Part shown: in pieces, positions 31,649-41,539 of the stretch | Layout of the letters: each line of letters starts with the position of its first letter | How positions within the stretch are numbered: the stretch's first letter is position 1 | NCBI GenBank assembly: GCA_963749155.1 | Contig: CAVVLO010000002.1 | Coordinates: 192,001-256,000, forward strand | DNA from: an uncultured Armatimonadia bacterium | GTDB taxonomy: Bacteria > Armatimonadota > Zipacnadia > CAVVLO01 | Length of the DNA stretch: 64,000 bases | Reading direction: 5' to 3' | Position numbers and translations under genes: made by a program | The notes under the pieces: model-generated | Database searches by the model: none | Told to the model about the DNA's origin: nothing | What the model saw: the letters and a program-made list of their open reading frames with translations, nothing else

Positions 31649-33291
31649 CTGGTCTGAGTCGCCTGCCTCAGGTCAGCGGGCATCCCAGGTTTCAAGACGC
31701 CTTCGCCCTCTCCCAGTGCCACCTTCACCCAGTACACTTGCTTGGTGCGTTGTTTGGCGGTTTGGACGTCCTTGGGAGTGAACTCTGCCTGGTCAGAGAT
31801 CCGGATTATTTCGCCCGTAAACTCATGACCGCGCGCAGCTTCGGTAGTAACCGGCAGCCGGTCTCCCAGCCTGATCTGGCCTAGAGTCTCAAAACCGAGG
31901 TATGCTCTGAGCCACAATTGGGTGAGGTCAGCTATTACCACAACTGGCGCCCCGGCGGGCACAATCTCTCCGACCAAGGCGACCTTCTGGGTCACGACGC
32001 CGGCCGTTGGAGCGACAACATCACAATAGCTACGTTTCACCTGGAGAAGCTCGAGAGCGCTTTCTGCCTGGGCAACCTTTGCACTGGCAAGTTCAATGGC
32101 TTCTTTGGTGGCTCCAGCAATCAGCAAATCAAGCTGAGCTTTGGCGAACTTCTCCTGTTCTCTGGCAGCCTGAAGTCCAGCCTCCGCCGCATCTTTACTT
32201 GAACGCGCCTCCAGCCTGTCGTTATAAGCCTCGGTAGCCCTTGCCAGGGTACTCCTGGACGCTTGTTGCTCTGCTTCGGCAACCGCTACTAACGCCTCGG
32301 CCCTGCGTATACGCTCCTCTCTTGTGCCAGCGAGCAGCACGTTTAATTGAGCCTGAGCGGTGTCGCGCGCGGCTTTGGCCTGGGCCACCGTGTCTTCGGC
32401 GGCATCCAGTCCTTGCCTGGCCTTGGCACGATTAAGTGCAACTTGTTCTGCCGCATCGGTGCTCATCTGCTGAGCGCCCTCAGCTCTTATGGCTGCGCTT
32501 TCTGAGGCGGTCCTGGCCTGGTCAAGTGCCTGGGGAGTCGCAGCGTCGGAGTCTGCCATCTGGGTGATCCTGGCCAGTTCTCGCTCGGTCAGTCCCGCCT
32601 GGGCACTGGCGAGCTGTTGTTCGGTCGCGGCGGCGATAGCCTGAGTCTCGAGCTTCACAGCAGAATCATATATCCTGCGCGCATTACCAGCATTGGTGAT
32701 GGCGCTCGCAACTGCAATCTCGGCTTGGCGCACAGCCGCTTTGGCCGTCTCGGTTTCTTCCGCCGTCGGACCCCGCTCTGCCTCATCCAGCGCAGCGTAT
32801 GCGGAGCGCCCATTGGCCTCGGCGGCAGCGAGTTTTGCCTTCGAGGCATCGACCTGAGCCCTCAAATCCGTTACTTTGCTCCAGGCCTCTTTTGCGGTCG
32901 CAGCCTGCAACTCAGCGCCTTTTCGACTTGCAATCGCCTGTGCATACTGGGCTCTTCCTGCCCGCAGTTGCTCTTCTCTGGAGCCTCGCTCCAACTCGGC
33001 CAGTCCTGCTCTTGCGGCAGCTGCAGCAGCTTCAGCCTGGGCAACTTCGGCATCTACATCCTGGTGTTCAAGCCTCGCGATAACCTGGCCAGCCTTCACT
33101 TCGTCGCCCTCTGTGACCAGCAACTCGGCGAGTCTGCCTGGCAGTTTGGAACTAACCTCATATTCATCCGCTTCGATTAGTCCACTACCGAGGAGGGTCT
33201 CATCTGTCCTGGGACGCGACACCAGTTGCAGCGCAAGCACAACAAGCGTAATAAGGGCCAGGGGTATAAGCAACCTGACTAGCTTCTTCAT
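31645..33291 (-). CDS. HlyD/YbhG-family periplasmic adaptor with an unusually long coiled coil
   Basis: N-terminal TM, SSKLPGRL...EGDEVKAGQV lipoyl half, APTAGVV, AEFTPKDVQT, LKPGMPAD. Confidence 0.9.
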   Translation of the reverse strand: MKKLVRLLIPLALITLVVLALQLVSRPRTDETLLGSGLIEADEYEVSSKLPGRLAELLVTEGDEVKAGQVIARLEHQDVDAEVAQAEAAAAAARAGLAELERGSREEQLRAGRAQYAQAIASRKGAELQAATAKEAWSKVTDLRAQVDASKAKLAAAEANGRSAYAALDEAERGPTAEETETAKAAVRQAEIAVASAITNAGNARRIYDSAVKLETQAIAAATEQQLASAQAGLTERELARITQMADSDAATPQALDQARTASESAAIRAEGAQQMSTDAAEQVALNRAKARQGLDAAEDTVAQAKAARDTAQAQLNVLLAGTREERIRRAEALVAVAEAEQQASRSTLARATEAYNDRLEARSSKDAAEAGLQAAREQEKFAKAQLDLLIAGATKEAIELASAKVAQAESALELLQVKRSYCDVVAPTAGVVTQKVALVGEIVPAGAPVVVIADLTQLWLRAYLGFETLGQIRLGDRLPVTTEAARGHEFTGEIIRISDQAEFTPKDVQTAKQRTKQVYWVKVALGEGEGVLKPGMPADLRQATQTR

Positions 33292-34631
33292 TGGATTTCC
33301 ACCTCAGGCTGGCGAGTGTCCAGCAGTTCGCGCAACAGTCCCAGGGCGCGCGCATAGTTCAGACTAGCAGCATCAAGTGCAAACCCAGCGCGCGCAAGCC
33401 CAGCTTCGGCCTGAATCCTGGCGGTTGTTGCTTCAAGCAGCTCTCTCTTGAGCAAGGCGCCTGCTTTATATGCAGCCTCTGCCTTGTTGGCTGCGAGCCT
33501 CCTAGCCTCCAGACTTTGCTGAGCCGTACCATAACGTGTCTTGCCCTCTGTCACCTTGAAAGAGGCCTCCGCGACCTGCAACCGGATTGCCTGTTGCAGT
33601 TGCTCTCGCAAGGCAGCCACCTCTCGCGTGCCAGCTTCTGCGCTTTCAACCTGGCCGCTTTGGGTGGGATCAGAAAAGGGCCAGGAAAACTCCAGCCCAA
33701 CAAGCTCATGATGGCTGGGCAAAGTATCCGTTGGCGTCTGTACAGTATATTGGCCAAGTAGTCCAAGCTGCGGATCGGCTTCTGCTTTGGCGCGCTCAAC
33801 CGCATACCGGGCCGAATCTGCTCGATGAGACAAGGCCAGCAGTTCCGGACGGCGTTCTAGCGCGAGTTCATAGGCAGCCTCTTGCTCAGGCAAATCGCCT
33901 AAATCCAGAACTGCAGGCAGAGGTTCAATTGGTAAAACGAAGGGCCTGCCAAGGGCGGTGTTAAAAGCTTTGGTTGAATAATCGAGGGCATTTTCTGCTG
34001 TGCCCAAGGCTTCCTTTGCCTGAGCCAAGGCGGCTTTTACCAGAGCCACTTCCGAGGTATTTACATAGCCACTTTTCAGAGCTGCTTCGGCATAACGGAG
34101 TTTCTCTTGCGCTTCGTTTACCTTCGCTTCAGCAGCCAGCTGTTGTTGTCCGGCGTCCAGCACCGAGTAGAAAGCTAGTCCCACCTCGAATATCAGTTGC
34201 TCTACAGTCTGTTGCAGGTTGGCTTCCTTGGCGGCCAAATCTGCCCGAGCCAGACCCTTCGCAGCCTCGATACGACCGCCTCCCCAAAGGGGCCAGACAA
34301 TCTGGAAGGTCGCACTGGCCGGGTCTTCACGAGTTATCTGGGTAGCTGTCGGTGAGCCGGCAGGACGCATTTCCTGGATTGGATTCTGCAACCGCGCGCT
34401 GGCCGAAAGAGTCATATAGGGTGCTTCGATAGCTTTCGCAACTCCAAGTGAGGCCTGAGCGCCTTCCACCTGAGCCAGAGCGGCTTGCATCCGCGGGTTG
34501 TGGGTCAAAGCATAAGCGATCGCTTGCTCCAAGCCCATCTGAACCGGCACCTCAGCTTCTTCAGCCCAACTGAAGAAGGCAACTGGTATTAGCACAAGGC
34601 AACAAATCAAAGCTGTCAGACCTGGTTTCAT
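33288..34631 (-). CDS. TolC-family outer-membrane efflux protein
   Basis: Signal peptide, LEQAIAYALTHNP, WPLWGGG, ALERRPEL; located in the efflux operon. Confidence 0.88.
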   Translation of the reverse strand: MKPGLTALICCLVLIPVAFFSWAEEAEVPVQMGLEQAIAYALTHNPRMQAALAQVEGAQASLGVAKAIEAPYMTLSASARLQNPIQEMRPAGSPTATQITREDPASATFQIVWPLWGGGRIEAAKGLARADLAAKEANLQQTVEQLIFEVGLAFYSVLDAGQQQLAAEAKVNEAQEKLRYAEAALKSGYVNTSEVALVKAALAQAKEALGTAENALDYSTKAFNTALGRPFVLPIEPLPAVLDLGDLPEQEAAYELALERRPELLALSHRADSARYAVERAKAEADPQLGLLGQYTVQTPTDTLPSHHELVGLEFSWPFSDPTQSGQVESAEAGTREVAALREQLQQAIRLQVAEASFKVTEGKTRYGTAQQSLEARRLAANKAEAAYKAGALLKRELLEATTARIQAEAGLARAGFALDAASLNYARALGLLRELLDTRQPEVEIQ

Positions 34632-35227
34632 AAAAGCTCTTTCTCCTCCCCTGCTACCAGGTCCACCAGGCTGGAAACCAGGCGTTCTGTAGCTAGCTCT
34701 GGCAGTGGTGGGGTCATCCGCAGTGTCCACATCATATGGGTTAGTATGGCGCCCAGTAGAGACCTGGCTGTGACAAGTGGATCCAGGGCTCTTAATTCGC
34801 CCTTCTCCTGCTTGGCCCTCAGATAGGTGGCAAGCAAAATTGCTCCTTCTCCCATAACTCCAGCCATCTTTTTTGCGACTTCAGAGCTTGTTGCGATTTG
34901 CGCCCATACCAGGACAAAGAGTTGCGACTTCTCGGTCAGGCGATTGATCAGGTTGGTGAGTATAAGGGGCAGTCCGTCGCGTAGCGGAATAGTGGCCAGG
35001 TGATCTTGTTGTTCCTCAATCCAGGAGAGCAGAGATTCTCGGCGCATAAGTTCGCCAAGCAACGCTTCCTTATTGGTGAAATAATGGTAGATAAGTCCTT
35101 CTGCAACTTTGGCTTTGTGAGCGATCTGTCGAATAGTGCCACCCTCGAAACCGCGCTCGGAGAAGACAGCAAGCGCTGCATCCAGGATACGCTCTCGAGC
35201 TGGTTGTTGCGGATTAGGTGATTGCAT
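34628..35227 (-). CDS. TetR/AcrR-family regulator
   Basis: RERILDAALAVFSERGF...IRQIAHKAKVAEGLIYHYFTNKEAL HTH. Confidence 0.93.
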   Translation of the reverse strand: MQSPNPQQPARERILDAALAVFSERGFEGGTIRQIAHKAKVAEGLIYHYFTNKEALLGELMRRESLLSWIEEQQDHLATIPLRDGLPLILTNLINRLTEKSQLFVLVWAQIATSSEVAKKMAGVMGEGAILLATYLRAKQEKGELRALDPLVTARSLLGAILTHMMWTLRMTPPLPELATERLVSSLVDLVAGEEKELL

Positions 35228-35248
35228 GGCTATCTTGTTACCTGTTGA

Positions 35249-35264
35249 TTGAGCGTTCACTCAA
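35249..35264. promoter_or_regulatory. Probable TetR operator palindrome
   Basis: TTGAG-CGTTCA-CTCAA just upstream of tetR, downstream of a minus-strand TTGACA (35299-35294). Confidence 0.6.
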
Positions 35265-35315
35265 GCTCATTGTGGGAGTTCGCACCTTCCGCCTGTCAAG
35301 ACAGACTGGACTTTT

Positions 35316-36008
35316 TCAGACTACTTTATCGCCCTGGGAAGAGGCCAGGGCATAGGCTTTATTCTGTACCTGTATTCCGGCAGTAAACGGAGTGATCGTC
35401 ACCTGGCCTGGTTCCAGGCTATGTCGAATGAAGAAATCAAAATCTACTCGCCCATACCGCGCTGTCTTCCAGGAGCGCAGTTTGGTGTAATCATAGATCT
35501 TCCCGTCTGTGCCAAGTGCGCCGATATGACTGATATTGGAACTGGCCGAGGGGGCATACCAGGGAGAATGGCGGACATTGATGACATCGCCAGGTAGAAT
35601 TGCCACTCCTGGTTGCCATTCCAGAGTGTAAAACAGCCCTCTTCCGCGCATCGCCAGATGCTGATTTGAGTCTCTGCGGAATCGCGCCTTCGCCCCTAGC
35701 GCATCGTCAACCAGACACTCTACAAAGTCCGAGCAGTCATTCTTGTGCAGCACAAATTTGCCCTGAGGACGCTCTTTGTAATAGCGTTCTGCTGCTTTTC
35801 CTATAAGCCAGTTTACAGGCTGTTCTCCGGGATGCTCCGTTACAAAGGTCGCGCGACACTGAGATTCCCATTCCTCCATCGAGAGCACCCGGGGGTGTCC
35901 TTCCGAAACAGAGAAATGCGGCAGAGTAATATGTCCATAGGCTGCCAGCACCCACACCGCGAACATCAGGCCAAATATGCAGAAAAGCCCCTCGAACAGT
36001 TTTCGCAT
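35316..36008 (-). CDS. Membrane-anchored NlpC/P60-like (papain-fold) protein; C-terminus possibly frameshifted
   Basis: N-terminal TM; NDCSDFV, LPGDVI and SHIG match the Cys...GD...His order of NlpC/P60 enzymes. Confidence 0.5.
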   Translation of the reverse strand: MRKLFEGLFCIFGLMFAVWVLAAYGHITLPHFSVSEGHPRVLSMEEWESQCRATFVTEHPGEQPVNWLIGKAAERYYKERPQGKFVLHKNDCSDFVECLVDDALGAKARFRRDSNQHLAMRGRGLFYTLEWQPGVAILPGDVINVRHSPWYAPSASSNISHIGALGTDGKIYDYTKLRSWKTARYGRVDFDFFIRHSLEPGQVTITPFTAGIQVQNKAYALASSQGDKVV

Positions 36009-38951
36009 TCAGTCCCCTGCCTCTACCGGTACCCCATATATGCGTAGCTCCGGGATGCGCGCATATGTATCTTCAAACTGGCTGCCATGCGTTACTTCCA
36101 GCCTTATGTGTTGGTAAACTCCCTCAACCGGTAGTAAGGTCCGCGGCTCAGAGTTGCCCAGGTATTCGCCAAGTAGCGTCCAGTCGCCTTCTTCGGAAGC
36201 CCGGGCAAGCAACTTGAAATCACGAGTGGTATATTGCGCCTCGTGGACAAAGCCTTCGTGAATCAACTCAAGCCCCGTCAGCTCACACGGGGTACCAAGG
36301 TCGAGTTCCAACCAGTGGCTGGCGCCTGCGCCACTCGTCCATTTCGACTCTGGCAGCCCATCTACAGCGCGCTCAGGCCCTTCTCCCTCAGAATGAGAAC
36401 TGCTGGCAGTTGTCCGTGCGCCCTGGGAGAGCAACCTGCCTGTGAAGGGAGGCTCGACTACCTGGCAATTCGCCAGGCAAATTGGCTCAATTCGCCCTGC
36501 TCCCGCAGCAAGCTGCACTGTATGCTGGCCAGTTGCCCCATAAAGCCCCACCAGGCGGGCATTTGGATTCTCTACCCAGCTTCTGGCGAGTGCCAAATTG
36601 GCTTGCCGCACTTCGACAGTGCCTTGTCCGCGTAGATCCAGAGCATGACCATAACCCCAGAAGGAGCTGTTCACAAGCTCCAGTCGCCCAGTGAAGTCTT
36701 CAGTCGTCACTAGTCCCGTTGGGCGGCTCCCCATGAAAGGCGCGCAGTTGGTATTCACAAGCTGAACCTCTGCATCGCCGCTGACTTGTACACCAATCTC
36801 TGCCGCATCAGAACCATGCAGGTGCACTGTGCCCCTGAAGCCATCTCCGAGGGCCAGACCTAGCCTGTCGGCATAGACAAAAGTCTGAAAGACGAACTCA
36901 TCGGCGCAGCGACCGAAGTTAAAGGCCTCTAGTTGAGCTGCCATGAAGTCTATACCTGCCTGGGTTGCAGGCAGTGTGCCCGGGAAGTGAGAGTCATTGC
37001 GATCCCAGTAGTGGATGACAAACTGCACGTTCGCCACATAGCCAGGTGTACTCGCGTTATCAACAAACAAGCCCCGTCTCAGAGGTGCCCCGGTTAGCCC
37101 CTGGATGACGTGTCCGCCCGTCTCGGAGGCTGAGGCGAAATCGACTGCTTGCCAGGGATTAGCCAGAGCGACATCTCGCACCCAGCAATCTGGGCCAAGC
37201 GCTCTGATGGTCCACGGGTAAGGTTGCAAGGCAGCGAGGTCCTGCTTTGGATACCAGAGGACCAGGCCCCGCGCGCCAGCACCGGCTTGCAGGCTGATGA
37301 AGGGCGCGCCGTCCTCCTGCCCCTCTCCGCAGTCGACGAATAAGCAACTGCCAGGCACCATTGTATGGGTTGGGCCTTCGAAGATGCCGCGTAGCTCAAC
37401 CCCCGAAGGCACCAACAAAGGGGAGGAGATACGATAATGCCCAGCCGGCACATAGACAGTTCCTCCCCCTGCCTCCTGGGCCGCCTCCAGAGCTGCCTGG
37501 AAAGCTGGCGCATCATCGGTCACCTCGTCACCCTGTGCGCCATACTCGCGCACATCAAAAAGCTTCTGCGTCGCCGGCCCTTTGGGTTGGACGTAAGGAT
37601 AAGGATGGTATGGAAGCTCCAGCTTCGGAGGCGCCTCCAGGTAACTTACCTGGTCAGCTTTGCTGGCTTTTACTGCTTCCATGGGCAGATTACAGCCTGC
37701 CAGCACAGCGCCTCTTGCCGCGGAACCGAGGGAGATACTCGCATCTTCCTCGAAGCTGCAATTTACGAAACCCAGCAACCCACCTTCTGAACTAGCTGGA
37801 CCGGTGATCTGGCAGCTCTCAAAAGTAAAGGCTCCCGAGCTCCCAGGTTCGAGCTTCACTGGACCAACTGTGCAGGAATGAAACTGCACTGCGTATTTTA
37901 GCCCCGACCCGCCAACGACAGCCCCGTTATCCTCGCCCGGGGCAGTCTCAATTGTACACTTGGAGATCAGCCAGGCAGGATGCTGAGCGGCGTCTACCAA
38001 CAGACCAATCCGACCTTCAGTTATCTGGCACCCGTACATCTCTCCATTTGCTGGCCCCTGCCAGACGGGCGGACCATCAGGCTTGGAGGTCAGGTGTATC
38101 CCCAGTCCATAACCTTGCAATTCCACCTCATACAGGGGCGCCCAGTCGAAACGCCTCAGTGTAATCCCAGTCGCCTGGTTATACAGCAGTTCACTCAAAG
38201 CCTGCTTTGCCTCATCGCTTTCGGGTGCGCTCGGCAAGCCTGACTTTTCCCAATACCGTGGCGCAAAATGGACTCGATCGATACGCGTAATATCAAGCAC
38301 CAGCTCAATCCAGATACCGTGATTCAGCGGGGTGCCGTACAGGTTGCTGTAATATGCGACGTTATATCCCCGGCTGGTCTCGGCGCCATTTGAGAGCGCC
38401 CGCCAGGAGTTGACGAAGGTCACGTTGCGCACTGTGTAGCCACAACTCGACTCGTCAGTAACAGTTATTGTCCACGGATAAGGGCTTGGCGCTTCGACAC
38501 TTTGCTCTGGGTACCAGAAAGAGAGATTTCTCACACAGGAGACTTTCTCCATCGTGAGGAAAGGCGTCCCATCGACCTGGCCTTTGCCAGCATAAATGGC
38601 CAAAATAGTACCGACTACCTTGCCCTCTACCTTGTCAGGTTGGACCCACTCACCGCGCAAGCTGACGCCCTTCTTTAGACGCAGTTCTCCATCAAACCGG
38701 TAGGTGCCCGCCGGCGCGAACACGACCGCGCCGCCCAGTGCCGCGGCATCGTCAATCGCTTGCTGGAAGGCCGCTGTGCAGTCAGTGTTGCCATCGCTTG
38801 CCGCGTTGTAGGGAGCCTCTGTGACCACAAACTGCGCGACCGGCAGGTCCTCAGCAGGCAGAGTAGTACTCATTACACGTGGAGCCTGAGCCCAAATCGC
38901 ACAGGAAACAAGCAGCAACAGACAACAGCAGAGCAAGCCAGTCTGAGTCAT
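36009..38951 (-). CDS. Secreted double beta-helix (pectate-lyase-3/GH55-like) protein with a C-terminal F5/8 type C (CBM32) domain
   Basis: Two repeats of V.dYGA.gDg.TD..aAFQ.A...A...GG..V..PAG.Y; C-terminal ASSS...AVDG...KW...WLELDLG...PELRIYG. Confidence 0.8.
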   Translation of the reverse strand: MTQTGLLCCCLLLLVSCAIWAQAPRVMSTTLPAEDLPVAQFVVTEAPYNAASDGNTDCTAAFQQAIDDAAALGGAVVFAPAGTYRFDGELRLKKGVSLRGEWVQPDKVEGKVVGTILAIYAGKGQVDGTPFLTMEKVSCVRNLSFWYPEQSVEAPSPYPWTITVTDESSCGYTVRNVTFVNSWRALSNGAETSRGYNVAYYSNLYGTPLNHGIWIELVLDITRIDRVHFAPRYWEKSGLPSAPESDEAKQALSELLYNQATGITLRRFDWAPLYEVELQGYGLGIHLTSKPDGPPVWQGPANGEMYGCQITEGRIGLLVDAAQHPAWLISKCTIETAPGEDNGAVVGGSGLKYAVQFHSCTVGPVKLEPGSSGAFTFESCQITGPASSEGGLLGFVNCSFEEDASISLGSAARGAVLAGCNLPMEAVKASKADQVSYLEAPPKLELPYHPYPYVQPKGPATQKLFDVREYGAQGDEVTDDAPAFQAALEAAQEAGGGTVYVPAGHYRISSPLLVPSGVELRGIFEGPTHTMVPGSCLFVDCGEGQEDGAPFISLQAGAGARGLVLWYPKQDLAALQPYPWTIRALGPDCWVRDVALANPWQAVDFASASETGGHVIQGLTGAPLRRGLFVDNASTPGYVANVQFVIHYWDRNDSHFPGTLPATQAGIDFMAAQLEAFNFGRCADEFVFQTFVYADRLGLALGDGFRGTVHLHGSDAAEIGVQVSGDAEVQLVNTNCAPFMGSRPTGLVTTEDFTGRLELVNSSFWGYGHALDLRGQGTVEVRQANLALARSWVENPNARLVGLYGATGQHTVQLAAGAGRIEPICLANCQVVEPPFTGRLLSQGARTTASSSHSEGEGPERAVDGLPESKWTSGAGASHWLELDLGTPCELTGLELIHEGFVHEAQYTTRDFKLLARASEEGDWTLLGEYLGNSEPRTLLPVEGVYQHIRLEVTHGSQFEDTYARIPELRIYGVPVEAGD

Positions 38952-39080
38952 ATAATAACTCCTTCGATGCCTTTGGTTGGCAGACAGCACCAGCCTGCCC
39001 TAGTTTCGCACTTTGGAGCCTGGTTCCTGTAAAATGCCAGCAGCAGGGCAAGTTGCATCTCTCGTCTGGAGGAGCCTTAT

Positions 39081-41468
39081 ATGAGCCGTGTCTTCCTTGA
39101 CCACGAACCTTTTGGTGATCCCTCGCAAGTCTTTTTCGGAGAGCGCTCTTACTGGCCCGCAAGCTGGGTAGACTTGCCCGGCAGGCGTCCAGAGGAGCCT
39201 TCAGCCTGCCTTTTCCGGCTGGCCTTCGAGGCGCCTGAAGACGCTGTAGTACGCTTGCATGTTTCGGCTGACAACCGGTATCGGCTCTTCCTCGATGGCA
39301 AGCAACTTGGGCGTGGTCCCGAGCGCGGCGACCCGATGCACTGGCGCTATGAGAGCTATGAGGTGGCGCTGGTTGCAGGTCAGCACACACTGGTTGCGCT
39401 CACCTGGTGGCTTGCTGAACATACCCCTTATGCCCAGATGGCCGTGAGGCCTGGTTTCATCCTGGCCTCCGAGGGCAGCTGGAACGACCGCCTGGCCACT
39501 GGCAGCGCCGCCTGGCAGGCCAAGCTGGTCGAAGGGCTCATTTTCACTGGACCGAGCCTGGCCTGGGGCACTGGCTCTCGCTTTGAGGTGGACGGGTCTC
39601 TTTTCCCCTGGGGCTTCGAGTACGGCGAAGGTGAAGGCTGGCAGTCAGTAGTCAAAATCGCTCGAGGCCGCATGGCAGCCACCGCCAACGAGACGCCCCC
39701 CGATTGGCGACTGACTCCTGCAACTCTCCCTCCCATGAAAGAGGACGGGCTTCGCGCCGGACGCTTGCGCTACCTCGTAGAGGGAGAGTTTGCCTATCCT
39801 GTCGACTCGAGCCGTCACTTGGCCAGTGAAGCCGCCGAAGCCCAGGCGCTGCTCCGGGAGGGACGCCCCCTCGAGGTCCCGCCCCATACTGTCGCTACCG
39901 CAGTCATCGATCTGGAAGACTACTTCTGCGCCTACCCCAGACTCACCATCAGCGGCGGGAAAGACGCCAGCCTCGCTATCAACTGGGCCGAGGCGCTCTT
40001 CCAGTACGAACCTGAACCGGTACTCGGCCGCGCGCACAAAGGCAACCGGAGCGAGATCGAAGGCAAGTTCTTCAACGGTGTGGGCAGCCTCTACAAGCCT
40101 GATGGCGGCTCCCATCGCGTGTTCGAGCCTCTCTGGTGGGAGGCCGGGCGCTATGTAGAAGTAGTCGTAAAGACAGCTGACCAGCCTCTTGTGATTGAAG
40201 ACTTCTCTCTGGTCGCTACTGGCTACCCCCTGGCTTTCGAGGGGGCCTTCTCGGCAAGCGACAAGCGGCTTGAGGAGATCCTTCCCCTGGCGATCCGCGT
40301 GCTACAGAGCTGCTCTCACGAGACCTACCTGGACTGCCCCTATTATGAACAATTGATGTATGTCGGGGACACGCGCCTCCAAGTACTGGCGACCTATGCC
40401 TTCACCCGGGACGATCGTCTGCCCCGCAAAGCTGTCAAGACCTTCGACGAATCGCGTCAGTTGTCAGGCTTCACCCAATCGCGCTTCCCCTCCAAGATGA
40501 TGCAGATCATCCCAGGCTTCAGCCTGTGGTGGACCCAGATGGTCTGGGACTACTGGCAGTGGCGAGATGACGCCGATTTCGTGCGCGACCGGTTGCCAGG
40601 TACCCGCGCCGTGCTGGAAGGCTTCCGCGCGCTGCTGCGAGAGGATGGCCTGATGGGGCCGCCGCCCAGTTGGTGCTTCGTGGACTGGGTCCTCGGCTGG
40701 CGCCCCTGGGGCACCCCCCAGACCGCCGAAAAGGAGCCATCGGCTCTCTTCAACCTGCATTTTGCCCTTTCACTGGTGAAGCAAGCCGAAATCGAAGACT
40801 GGGCTGGGGAGCCTGAGCTGGCCCTGCGCAACAGGAGTCTTGCTCGACAGCTTACCGAGTTGGTAGTGGAGCGATTCTGGAACGAGCGACGCGGGCTAAT
40901 CGCCGACGACCTGGCGCAAACCAGCTTCAGTGAGCACGCCCAGTGCCTGGCACTGCTTGGCGACCTGCTGCCCGAGCCCTACCGCGCCCGCGTGGCGGAA
41001 GGATTGCTCACCGATCCCGATCTCCACAGGACTACCATCTACTTCACACATTACCTGTTCGAAACCTACGGCTTGCTTGGCCGCACCGACAAGCTCCTCG
41101 AGCGGATGCAGCTCTGGTTCGACCTGCCGGCCCTCGGTTTCAAGACAACTCTTGAGGAACCCGAGCCAAGTCGCTCTGACTGCCATGCCTGGGGCGCGCA
41201 TCCCGTCTACCATTACTACGCGACCCTCCTTGGCATCAGGCCAGCTTCGCCCGGTTTCCGCACCGTGCGCATCGCGCCCAAACCAGGCCCGCTGACCACA
41301 CTCGCGGGGAAGCTGCCCCATCCTCGAGGTTTTATCGAGGTGACGTGGGAGAGCCAGGACGAAGGCTGGACTGCTGAAGTTACGTTGCCCGATGGGGTTA
41401 CCGGTACCTTCGTTTGGGAAGGTCAGGAGTATCCACTTGAATCCGGCACCCAGCAAGTCTCGCTCTAA
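39081..41468 (+). CDS. GH78 alpha-L-rhamnosidase
   Basis: VSADNRYRLFLDG, ETYLDCPYYEQLMYVGDTR, FVDW, E.PEPSRSDCHAWGAHP; GGAGGAG RBS. Confidence 0.92.
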   Translation: MSRVFLDHEPFGDPSQVFFGERSYWPASWVDLPGRRPEEPSACLFRLAFEAPEDAVVRLHVSADNRYRLFLDGKQLGRGPERGDPMHWRYESYEVALVAGQHTLVALTWWLAEHTPYAQMAVRPGFILASEGSWNDRLATGSAAWQAKLVEGLIFTGPSLAWGTGSRFEVDGSLFPWGFEYGEGEGWQSVVKIARGRMAATANETPPDWRLTPATLPPMKEDGLRAGRLRYLVEGEFAYPVDSSRHLASEAAEAQALLREGRPLEVPPHTVATAVIDLEDYFCAYPRLTISGGKDASLAINWAEALFQYEPEPVLGRAHKGNRSEIEGKFFNGVGSLYKPDGGSHRVFEPLWWEAGRYVEVVVKTADQPLVIEDFSLVATGYPLAFEGAFSASDKRLEEILPLAIRVLQSCSHETYLDCPYYEQLMYVGDTRLQVLATYAFTRDDRLPRKAVKTFDESRQLSGFTQSRFPSKMMQIIPGFSLWWTQMVWDYWQWRDDADFVRDRLPGTRAVLEGFRALLREDGLMGPPPSWCFVDWVLGWRPWGTPQTAEKEPSALFNLHFALSLVKQAEIEDWAGEPELALRNRSLARQLTELVVERFWNERRGLIADDLAQTSFSEHAQCLALLGDLLPEPYRARVAEGLLTDPDLHRTTIYFTHYLFETYGLLGRTDKLLERMQLWFDLPALGFKTTLEEPEPSRSDCHAWGAHPVYHYYATLLGIRPASPGFRTVRIAPKPGPLTTLAGKLPHPRGFIEVTWESQDEGWTAEVTLPDGVTGTFVWEGQEYPLESGTQQVSL

Positions 41469-41485
41469 CTAGTGGCCCGTCCAAT

Positions 41486-41520
41486 AAAAGAGGCGCCCTC
41501 GGAATCCGGGGGCGCCTTTT
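41486..41520. terminator. Bidirectional terminator between convergent genes
   Basis: AAAAG-AGGCGCCCTCGGA-A-TCCGGGGGCGCCT-TTT. Confidence 0.8.
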
Positions 41521-41539
41521 GCTTGCGTTCTTTCGATGG

